64,000 nucleotides of DNA from an uncultured Bacillota bacterium (GTDB taxonomy: Bacteria; Bacillota_I; Bacilli_A; RFN20; CAG-288), in contig CASGEC010000001.1 in assembly GCA_949300365.1 (NCBI GenBank), positions 313,980 to 377,979 of the forward strand. The letters are read 5' to 3'. The notes beneath the pieces are model-generated. The model had not been told where the DNA came from and did not search any database. It saw only the letters and a program-made list of their open reading frames with translations. This document shows, piece by piece, positions 54,131 to 62,097 of the stretch; position 1 is the stretch's first letter, and every line of letters starts with the position of its first letter. The position numbers were made by a program, and so were the translations under genes.

Positions 54131-54378
54131 GCTTCAAGGATGTCATTCGATATCTCAATAAAGACAAAAGTGAAAATATTGTCTCTGAAATAAAGAAAAT
54201 GACGATAATATAAAGAATATTTATAAATGCCAATTTAATATGCTTGACTGATATTTGTTATTGCTCGTTTTAGTCTGTTTTGCTCTTTTGAACCGCTGGT
54301 TCAGGAAGTTGTCATTGCACTTGGTGGGATTGAACCAAAAGGACTATTATATTTTTCTGGCGTAAGGAGGTGTCATTT

Positions 54379-55563
54379 ATGGATGATATCAGCTCTCGCA
54401 TTTATGAAGAAAGAAGAAAGAAGAGACTCAGCCAGGAACAGCTTGCAGACCTTATGGAACTATCGAACAAGGCCATTAGCAAGTGGGAGAACGGGGAATC
54501 CTTGCCGACAATCGACAATATCGTCAAGCTTGCCCGTATCTTCAACGTGAGCACGGACTATCTTCTCGGCCTTGAAAAGAAGGAGGAAGGCAACGTCTCT
54601 CTTTCGGCAAATGCTGACAAGACTCCGGTCTTCCAGGAGAGATCTCTTTCCATCGATCGCACGCCTGGACTTGTCTTTCTTCATCTTATCCTTCCGGCAG
54701 TGCTTCTTCTCCTTTATGCGTTCCCTGTCTTCCTTTCGTCGAACGTCTATACGGTGCCGTATTCGATTTTCGTTTCCGCAACGCCTTCTTTGGTCTTCTT
54801 TATCTTCCTCGTTCTTGTCTTTGTGGGCCATATTGCATTCGAGCTCTGTGCCTTCCTGGTCCCGAAGATAAGAAAGAAGGATGCCGATCAGCTCTTCAGC
54901 CTTGTCTTTGCCATCGTCGAACTGCTCTTCAATACCATTCTCTACTTTGTCGCCCTCATGGGATGGAAGTATTCGGCATGGAACGTGATTCTTCAAATCC
55001 TCACGCTTCTTGTCCCTGTTGTCGCGGTGGCACTTGAAATATACTTCATGATCCGACGTGTTCGACAAAGCGGCAAGGAAGGAAAGCCTGCTCAGAAAAT
55101 GGGCCTTTCCTCGGGGCTGCTCTTCCTTCTTTCGCTTGTCGTCCTGGTTATCTATCTTGCGGCTCCGGGATGGCATGTCTATACCGAAAAGGGAGCCTTC
55201 CAGGTCGAGCAAAACATGCAGTTCTTCTTCCCCATCCCGGATAATCCCGTACTCTTTGCCTTGGGTATCTTTGAAATCGTCCTTGCCTGCCTTGTTCCGA
55301 TCCTGTTCCTCATTGGGTTCTTCAACAAGGCCCTGTGGCAGGGAAAGAAGTTCACGATCGTTCAGCTATCGGCCTTCTCCCTCTTGAATGTCCTCAGCAG
55401 CATTACGATGGGACTTACCTTCCTTTTTGAAAAGGAGAACACTGTCATGAGCCTTCTCTTCGGTGGAGGATTTTCCTTTGCCTGCGAATGGGCTCTCCTT
55501 GTCGCCGATATTTTCTTTGTTGTCCTTCCTTTGCGTGGCTCACGGACTTCAAGGCAATCGTAG
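54379..55563 (+). CDS. XRE/Cro-C1-type HTH domain fused to a multi-pass membrane domain
   Basis: ATG 54379 lies 8 nt after SD AAGGAGG. N-terminal RLSQEQLADLMELSNKAISKWENGESLPTIDNIVKLARIFNVSTDYLLG. About 8 hydrophobic helices follow. Confidence 0.75.
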   Translation: MDDISSRIYEERRKKRLSQEQLADLMELSNKAISKWENGESLPTIDNIVKLARIFNVSTDYLLGLEKKEEGNVSLSANADKTPVFQERSLSIDRTPGLVFLHLILPAVLLLLYAFPVFLSSNVYTVPYSIFVSATPSLVFFIFLVLVFVGHIAFELCAFLVPKIRKKDADQLFSLVFAIVELLFNTILYFVALMGWKYSAWNVILQILTLLVPVVAVALEIYFMIRRVRQSGKEGKPAQKMGLSSGLLFLLSLVVLVIYLAAPGWHVYTEKGAFQVEQNMQFFFPIPDNPVLFALGIFEIVLACLVPILFLIGFFNKALWQGKKFTIVQLSAFSLLNVLSSITMGLTFLFEKENTVMSLLFGGGFSFACEWALLVADIFFVVLPLRGSRTSRQS

Positions 55564-56334
55564 TTCTTCCTGGATCAATCATTTGAAATCGACCATGGAA
55601 TCCTTAAGAAGGCCGACCTCCTTTGGAAACCCTTAGTGGATGTTCATGCTATTTGCTTGGATTCTCCCTGTATTTCCAAGAAGCCATTTTCAAATAGGAA
55701 ATCCCATTTTGGCAACCAAAATAACGCCATGTCTACTAAGACAGGGCTGAGGATAAGTGAGCCTTAAGCTAACCAATTTCTATGTTTCCTTCTTGATGGA
55801 GAATAAAAAAAGAGGCTTATCGATAGCCGTGATTTCTGTGTCCAGACACATTTTTTACGGTAGGAATCCAACAGGCGCACGAATGCATAAAGAAGGTATC
55901 CGATGGAAAAAACCGCTCTTTACGCCTAGTTATGACGATGATGGCATGTCACGAAAGAATCCGCGGTTTGCAAATTGGAATCGAGACAGCACGTCTTCAG
56001 GAGAAAGCAAAGAGGAAAAGAAAGGCCAGTCTTCAAAAAGAACCGATTTTGCTTTTTTGTTGCCTTCACCCAGGAAAGAACAGTCTCTGTCGGTTCTGGC
56101 ATTGGAAGCTGTCAAGGAGGCGTTTGCGGATGGGCCTCATCCTGCTTCCAATGAGGGAGGGCTTTCGGAACTCCGCCTCTTGTTCCAATAGAGGACGAAG
56201 GAAGTTGGGATAAGGAAGAGCAAGCATTCAAAAGGGAGGAATCCCTCAGGTTCAAACGGAATGGAATTGCCTCTTGCTTTAGGAAATGGTTTTCGGAATC
56301 CAAAAAGGAAAATCAATGTCCTTTGGATTTTCAA

Positions 56335-57699
56335 TCAATGGTTTGGATAGAAGGTTCCTAGGTCGGAGAAGGATCCTAGGTCATGGCCGTCCTCATCGTA
56401 GAGGTGATTGTCCTTGTATCTTAGACCTGTCGGTTCCTTCGTGTACTCATCGACGACAAGCTGTCCCTTGTAGCTAGAGAGACTATCGTCATCGACAACG
56501 ACGCCCTTCTTTCCGTCCCTGAAGTTTATGTAGGTGGTCTTCACTTCTTCATATTCTTCTTCTTTGTCCTCTTCATCGCTGCTTGAGGATGACGAGGAGG
56601 AACCATAGTCGTAGTCATAGGTGACTTTTTCATGTCCCAGGGATTGAACCGAGGCATCGACCATCAGGGAAGAGATGAAGGTTTCGGCCTGGTCTATCCT
56701 TTCGTTCCACTTGATCCTATCGAGGACTTCCAGGGCTCTTTCCAGATAGAGAATCTTTCTTTTCAGGGACTTGTCGTTGAAACCTTTCAGTTTCCGGATC
56801 GCTTCCTTGGCCAAGTCGGCATAGCTTTTCCATTCTGCGGCGCAGGAGGCATAGGCGATGTAGTATTTTGCCAAGAGATAGATGGCTTCCCTCTGCCTCT
56901 TCTCGATGCCAAATGGGCTTGTTGCGTATTCCTTCAGCTGCAGGATGCCATATAGGGCAGGAAGCTTGGTGGCACTGGAACGGTATGCCTTCAATAGCGT
57001 TCTGCATTCCTTGCAAAAGGCATTCACGGGCTTGTAGTTCTTCGGGAAGACAAGGATGCCATGATAGTAATTTATCGAAAGACCGGAAGCTTCACTCTTT
57101 TTCCTAAGAATTTCAAACTGCTCCTTCGTCATTCCTACCGGGTGGGAGTAGACGCCTTCTTCAAAATAGCCGTCCATCGGATATTCCGTCCTGCCGCATA
57201 GACATCCCCGCCCATGCATCTTTAGGCCTATAAGCTCCCCGTCATAGTAGGCGCCATCGGGAAAGGTGAGCTTTCCTTTCCTAGGCATGCCGTTATGGTC
57301 GAATGTTCCTATCAGGATTGTCCCGTCCTTGTAGGTCAGCTTGCCGCTTCCGTTAAGCGTGTCGTTTTCGAACTCGCCCTCGTAGACGTCCCCGGAATTC
57401 CAAAAGAGCGTTCCCTTTCCGTTCATCTTGTCGTCCTTGTATTGGCCGACGTATTTGAAGTCCTTGCCTCTATACTCTCCCTGGTAGTCCCTTTGGCACT
57501 GCTTGTAGAAGCCCTTGTAGGAAGTTCCGTCCTTGTAGCGGAATTCTCCGTAGCCTTCGATGACATCCTCGACAAAGCTTCCGGTATAGGTACCGAAAGG
57601 ATAGACACAGGTCCCTTGCCCGTGCCTCTTCCCGTCCTTGACTTCTCCGATGTAGTAAGCCCCGTCCGGATAGGTGATCTTGACTTTCTTTCCTTTCAT
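56335..57699 (-). CDS. MORN-repeat protein with unknown helical middle region and acidic/poly-Ser C-terminal part
   Basis: 454 aa. At least 6 MORN-like units (YxGxxxxGxxHGxG, e.g. YIGEVKDGKRHGQG, YEGEFENDTLNGSG, YDGELIGLKMHGRG), then GSSSSSSSSDEEDKEEEYEE. Confidence 0.75.
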   Translation of the reverse strand: MKGKKVKITYPDGAYYIGEVKDGKRHGQGTCVYPFGTYTGSFVEDVIEGYGEFRYKDGTSYKGFYKQCQRDYQGEYRGKDFKYVGQYKDDKMNGKGTLFWNSGDVYEGEFENDTLNGSGKLTYKDGTILIGTFDHNGMPRKGKLTFPDGAYYDGELIGLKMHGRGCLCGRTEYPMDGYFEEGVYSHPVGMTKEQFEILRKKSEASGLSINYYHGILVFPKNYKPVNAFCKECRTLLKAYRSSATKLPALYGILQLKEYATSPFGIEKRQREAIYLLAKYYIAYASCAAEWKSYADLAKEAIRKLKGFNDKSLKRKILYLERALEVLDRIKWNERIDQAETFISSLMVDASVQSLGHEKVTYDYDYGSSSSSSSSDEEDKEEEYEEVKTTYINFRDGKKGVVVDDDSLSSYKGQLVVDEYTKEPTGLRYKDNHLYDEDGHDLGSFSDLGTFYPNH

Positions 57700-57720
57700 C
57701 CTCTGTTCTCCACGGGTCTA

Positions 57721-57740
57721 TGTTCCCTTGTATGGGAACA
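57721..57740. promoter_or_regulatory. Perfect palindrome TGTTCCC-N6-GGGAACA in the MORN gene upstream region (candidate operator)
   Basis: Read directly from the sequence. Centred ~30 nt upstream of ATG 57699. Confidence 0.3.
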
Positions 57741-58172
57741 AAAGTCAATCGCTTGGGGGCATGTCATTTTCGTTTGGCATTAAACGTTTGATTCCCTTCC
57801 CAAAGAGCAACGGGAGGAAGGCCTGTCGTTGCCTTCGGGTACGGCTTTGGCTTAAAGAAAGCCGGGCAGTATCCCGTAAAAAGATGGTCTCGTCTTTTTG
57901 GGATCAAAGGAATGGGAAGACAGCAAATGACACGGATGGGGAAAGAGGGATGGCTTTTAATCCCTATCAAAGAAGGACGTCGAGGTGTTTTTGCTGGAAA
58001 AGGGAAGCAATCAATAAAGAAAGAAAACAATCAAAGCAATCGCTTACATATTTTTCGTGGAAGGGAATGAGTGCGAAAAACATGATCGTTTTTGCGTGGA
58101 TGTGAATAAATATACGGACAAAGAGATTTTTTATCAAGTTGCCAATCAAAGCACATCAAAAAGGATTCGGAA

Positions 58173-58181
58173 TGCTACACT
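58173..58181 (+). promoter_or_regulatory. Extended -10 TGC-TACACT 9 nt upstream of the rhaB ATG (near-leaderless)
   Basis: TGCTACACT-taaaccacc-ATG(58191). No SD. Confidence 0.35.
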
Positions 58182-58190
58182 TAAACCACC

Positions 58191-59648
58191 ATGAAATGCA
58201 TTGCAGTGGATATCGGCGCGACAAGCGGCCGTGTGATGACCGTCACCTATGAGAAGAATGTCTTCTCCTATGAAGAGAACAAGCGCTTTGTCAATCGCAT
58301 CTATGAAAAGGACGGCATCCTGAGGTGGGACTTCTCCCTTCTTTTGGAAAACGTCGTCTCCGGTATCCATGCGGCTTTGGAAAAGCACAAGGGCATAAAG
58401 AGCATCGGTATCGATACCTGGGCCGTGGACTACGGGATGCTCAACAAGGAAGGAAAGCTTATCGAGGATCCCATCTGCTATCGGGACACGCATACCTTCC
58501 AAAGCCAGAAGGAACTCCAGGAAAGGATTCCCTTTTCCGAGATCTATGCCATCACCGGTATCCAGGATCTCCACTTCAATACCATCTATCAGCTCTATGG
58601 AAGGAGGAAGGAACTGGAAAAGGCCGATAGGATCTTAATGATTCCCGACCTTATTGCCTACTTCCTCGGCGGAGAGAAGAGGATCGAATACACAAACCTC
58701 TCGACGACATCCCTTTATGATCCACGGAAACAGGAAATCTCTTCCAAGCTCCTCTCTTTGATCGGCGTCGATAGAAAAATCTTCCCTAAGATCATCCATC
58801 CCGGGGAAAGCTATGGCATCTTGTCCCATGATCTCTTCCCGGAACTAGAAGAAGACATCCCCATCCTTGCCGTTGCGACCCACGATACCGCAAGCGCCGT
58901 TTTGGGCACGGATGGCTTTGGCGACTTCGCCTATCTCTCGAGCGGTACCTGGTCCCTTATCGGAACGGAACTCAGGGAACCGATCATCACCACGGAGTCT
59001 ATGAAGGCAAACTTCACCAACGAGCTTGGCTATGACAATACCGTCCGCTTCCTTAAAAACACCATGGGCATGTTCATGGCTAACGAGCTGAGGAAGAACT
59101 TCCTCGACATGGAGGAATCCATTCCTGTCGAAAGCATTGTCCCCCTTGTCGAAGAAAGCAAGGACGTCGACTGCTTCGTCAATCCCGATGACCCCTCCTT
59201 TGAGACACCCGGGGACATGATCCACAAGATCGATTCCTACTTGGAAAGGACAGGGCAGGAAAGGCTTTCCGGAAAGGGCGAATACCTGCGTGTCATCTAT
59301 CAGTCGATGGCCATCAACTATCACCTTGTCCTTGAAAACCTGATGCGGATAGGCGGAAGGTGCTTTGAAAAGCTCATCATCGTCGGCGGGGGAAACCAGG
59401 CCGAGATCCTCAATCGCTATGCGGCCTGCGCGACAGGAATCCCAGTCGAGACAGGGCCGATCGAAGCCACGGTCCTAGGAAATGCCATGAGCCAGTTTAT
59501 CGCCCTTGGCGCTCTTGCTGACAAGGAAGAGGGACGGATGCGGATAAGGGATTCCATCACCATCAAGAACTATCTCCCGATGGATGAAGAGACATGGAAA
59601 AGGAAGAAGAGACGATTCCTAGAAAGGACAGGAAAAGGAGGTATATAG
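58191..59648 (+). CDS. rhaB: Rhamnulokinase (FGGY family)
   Basis: 485 aa. MKCIAVDIGATSGRVM...GIDTWAVDYG.... Context with rhaA and rhaD. Confidence 0.88.
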   Translation: MKCIAVDIGATSGRVMTVTYEKNVFSYEENKRFVNRIYEKDGILRWDFSLLLENVVSGIHAALEKHKGIKSIGIDTWAVDYGMLNKEGKLIEDPICYRDTHTFQSQKELQERIPFSEIYAITGIQDLHFNTIYQLYGRRKELEKADRILMIPDLIAYFLGGEKRIEYTNLSTTSLYDPRKQEISSKLLSLIGVDRKIFPKIIHPGESYGILSHDLFPELEEDIPILAVATHDTASAVLGTDGFGDFAYLSSGTWSLIGTELREPIITTESMKANFTNELGYDNTVRFLKNTMGMFMANELRKNFLDMEESIPVESIVPLVEESKDVDCFVNPDDPSFETPGDMIHKIDSYLERTGQERLSGKGEYLRVIYQSMAINYHLVLENLMRIGGRCFEKLIIVGGGNQAEILNRYAACATGIPVETGPIEATVLGNAMSQFIALGALADKEEGRMRIRDSITIKNYLPMDEETWKRKKRRFLERTGKGGI

Positions 59649-59651
59649 ATT

Positions 59652-60911
59652 ATGGACGAGAAAATCAAAGAGGCCTACCAAAGGGCAAAGGAAGCCTATG
59701 CCTCTATCGGGGTCGATACCGATAAGGCGCTTCAGGCACTGGATGAAGTCCCCATTTCCATCCAATGCTGGCAAGGAGATGACATCCAGGGATTTTTAAA
59801 CGACAACGCCCTTTCCGGCGGAATCCAGGTCACCGGAAACTATCCCGGAAAGGCAAGAAACTTCCAGGAACTTCAGGAAGACCTTGAGAAGGTTCTCTCC
59901 CTTGTTCCGGGAAAGAAGAAGATCAATCTCCACGCCATCTATGCGACAAGGCCCCTTGAGGGAAGGGATATCGACGAACTCTTCCCCGAGGATTTCCGGG
60001 GCTGGGTCGACTTTGCCAAGAAGAACGACGTCGGCCTGGACTTCAACCCGACCTTCTTCTCCCATCCGATGTACAAGGATAACTTCACCCTCTCCTCTCC
60101 GGATGAGGAAGTCCGTTCCTTCTGGGTCCGCCACGGAAAGTGCTGCGTCACGATCGGCGACTATTTCGGAAGGGAACTGGGAAAGAAGTGCGTCACCAAC
60201 ATCTGGGTTCCCGATGGCATGAAGGACGATCCCTATTCCCATCTGGAAGCGAGAAAGCGGCTGACGGAATCGCTCGACGAGATCCTTGCGACACCATATG
60301 ATAGGGATAGCGAGCTTCTTGCCGTCGAGAGCAAGTTCTTCGGCATCGGCGCGGAAAGCTATACGACCGGAAGCGGCGAGTTCTATCTGGGCTATGCCGC
60401 GAAGAACCAGATCGCCCTGTGCCTGGATGCCGGTCACTTCCATCCCAACGAGTTCATCTCCGACAAGCTCTCCTCTGCCCTCCTTTATGTCCCCGAGCTT
60501 CTTCTCCATGTCTCCCGTCCGGTCAACTGGGATAGCGACCATGTCGTCACCGATACCGATGAGCTTAACCACATCATGGAAGGCCTCGTCCGGGATGACC
60601 TGCTTAAGAGGACACATATCGGTCTGGACTTCTTTGATGCGACAATCAACCGCATCGCGGCCTATATTATTGGTATCCGCTCGACCCAAAAGGCGCTTTT
60701 GAAGGCTTTCCTGGAACCCAAGGAGATGCTCCTTAAAGCGGAGAGGGAACTCGACTATACGACGCGTCTTGCCTTTGTCGAGGAGCTCAAGAGCTATCCC
60801 TGGGGCGATGTCTATGCGTATTATCTAGACAAGAACGGAATCCCGGGCCATGATTGGCTCAGGGAAGTGAAGGCATACGAGAAGGATGTCTTGGCAAAGA
60901 GAGGAAACTGA
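59652..60911 (+). CDS. rhaA: L-rhamnose isomerase
   Basis: 419 aa. ...ISIQCWQGDDIQGF...LHAIY...DAGHFHP..., typical of RhaA. Confidence 0.9.
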   Translation: MDEKIKEAYQRAKEAYASIGVDTDKALQALDEVPISIQCWQGDDIQGFLNDNALSGGIQVTGNYPGKARNFQELQEDLEKVLSLVPGKKKINLHAIYATRPLEGRDIDELFPEDFRGWVDFAKKNDVGLDFNPTFFSHPMYKDNFTLSSPDEEVRSFWVRHGKCCVTIGDYFGRELGKKCVTNIWVPDGMKDDPYSHLEARKRLTESLDEILATPYDRDSELLAVESKFFGIGAESYTTGSGEFYLGYAAKNQIALCLDAGHFHPNEFISDKLSSALLYVPELLLHVSRPVNWDSDHVVTDTDELNHIMEGLVRDDLLKRTHIGLDFFDATINRIAAYIIGIRSTQKALLKAFLEPKEMLLKAERELDYTTRLAFVEELKSYPWGDVYAYYLDKNGIPGHDWLREVKAYEKDVLAKRGN

Positions 60912-60913
60912 AA

Positions 60914-61720
60914 ATGGCCAACATGAGAATCGTCGACCTCCCGACTGTTAAAGAGGTCATCCGCTGCGCTACGAACATGTATCGCTTGGGCTGGGACGAA
61001 AGAAACGGCGGCAACATCTCCGTGATCATCGATCCTGAGGAGTATCGGGACTATCTTCCCGAGGAACCCCACCGCGTCTTCCATCTAGGCTTCGATGCCA
61101 CGCCCCTTATCGGACGGGTCTTCGTCGTGACGGGAACGGGAAAGTACTTCAAGAACGTCGAGATCGCCCCGGAAGTCAACCTCGGCATCGTCCGCATCGG
61201 AAAGGATGGCCACACGGCCGAGCTTCTCTGGGGCTTTGAGGATGGCGGAAGGCCGACAAGCGAATTCCCGACCCATCTGATGAACCATATCGCCCGCCTT
61301 GCCGTCAATCACAAGAACCATGTCGTCATGCATTGCCATGCGACCCATGCCCTTGCCTTGACCTATGTCCTTCCTGAGGACGAGGACGAATTCACCAAGA
61401 CTTTGTGGCGGATGTCGACCGAGTGCATCGTCGTCTTCCCGGAGGGGGTTGGCTATCTTCCGTGGATGGTCTGCGGCGGAAACGAGATCGGCGAGGCGAC
61501 GGCCAAGAAGGCACATGACTATCGCGTCGTCTTCTGGGGCATGCACGGCGTCTTTGCCATGGGCAATGACCTCGATGAGGCCTTCGGACTTGTCGAGACC
61601 GTCGAGAAGGCAAGTCAGATCTACTTCCTCACCCTCGGCCATGTCCGTCAGTCCATCACCGACGAGCAGCTGAAGAGACTGGCCGCGGCCTTCAAGGTCG
61701 ACTACAAGAAGATTATCTAG
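60914..61720 (+). CDS. rhaD: Rhamnulose-1-phosphate aldolase (class II)
   Basis: ATG 60914 after SD AGAGGAAA. GWDERNGGNIS...HLMNH...HCHATH...GMHGVFAMG. Confidence 0.88.
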   Translation: MANMRIVDLPTVKEVIRCATNMYRLGWDERNGGNISVIIDPEEYRDYLPEEPHRVFHLGFDATPLIGRVFVVTGTGKYFKNVEIAPEVNLGIVRIGKDGHTAELLWGFEDGGRPTSEFPTHLMNHIARLAVNHKNHVVMHCHATHALALTYVLPEDEDEFTKTLWRMSTECIVVFPEGVGYLPWMVCGGNEIGEATAKKAHDYRVVFWGMHGVFAMGNDLDEAFGLVETVEKASQIYFLTLGHVRQSITDEQLKRLAAAFKVDYKKII

Positions 61721-61743
61721 CTGGCTCCTTTGGAGCATTTCTG

Positions 61744-61784
61744 GCCATCCCTGTCGGATCCTCCCCGACAAGGATGGCTTTTTT
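61744..61784 (+). terminator. Rho-independent terminator after rhaD
   Basis: GCCATCCCTGTCGG-(7 nt)-CCGACAAGGATGGC-TTTTTT. Confidence 0.8.
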
Positions 61785-61996
61785 CGTGGAAAACACGAAT
61801 GTAAGCCTTTTTACGGATGGGCGTTGGGTGACAGAAAAAAGGCCATGCAAATTAAGAAAGAAAAGAAGCAAACTATGATTGTTGATGATTGAAAATGAGC
61901 AAAATATCATTGAAAGATGATTGATAATCGATTTTTTTCTCAACTTGCCTAAAAACGAGCAAAAGCGCCATGGAGTATGTTAATTTGTTGGTGTCT

Positions 61997-62010
61997 TGAA
62001 AGCGCTTGTA
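61997..62010. promoter_or_regulatory. cre-like (CcpA-type) box TGAAAGCGCTTGTA upstream of the GH3-like gene
   Basis: 13/14 match to TGWAANCGNTNWCA, ~90 nt upstream of ATG 62098. Confidence 0.5.
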
Positions 62011-62097
62011 AACTGCTAGCGCCAGAACTCCGAATGGAAGGAAGGAAAATACCAAGCGCCCAAGACATGAAATCATACCTATCACAAGGAGGGAAAT

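Noticed and set aside
53822-54193. 123-aa plus-strand ORF in the tRNA-Glu flank.
   Set aside because: It has no SD and no motif. The opposite strand carries a recognisable, though disrupted, AlbA_2/HATPase_c_4-like reading frame that explains the open frame as a by-product.
57655-57680. CCCCGTCC match to the 3-prime end of tRNA-Glu (CCCCGTCCAGGTCACCA), considered as a possible att-site direct repeat bounding the island.
   Set aside because: Only 8 nt are identical. The match lies inside the MORN coding sequence, so it is compatible with chance.
58068-58106. 12-codon mini-ORF MSAKNMIVFAWM upstream of rhaB, considered as a leader peptide.
   Set aside because: There is no associated terminator or antiterminator structure and no relevant codon enrichment. 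The SD is directly abutting the ATG. The evidence is insufficient.
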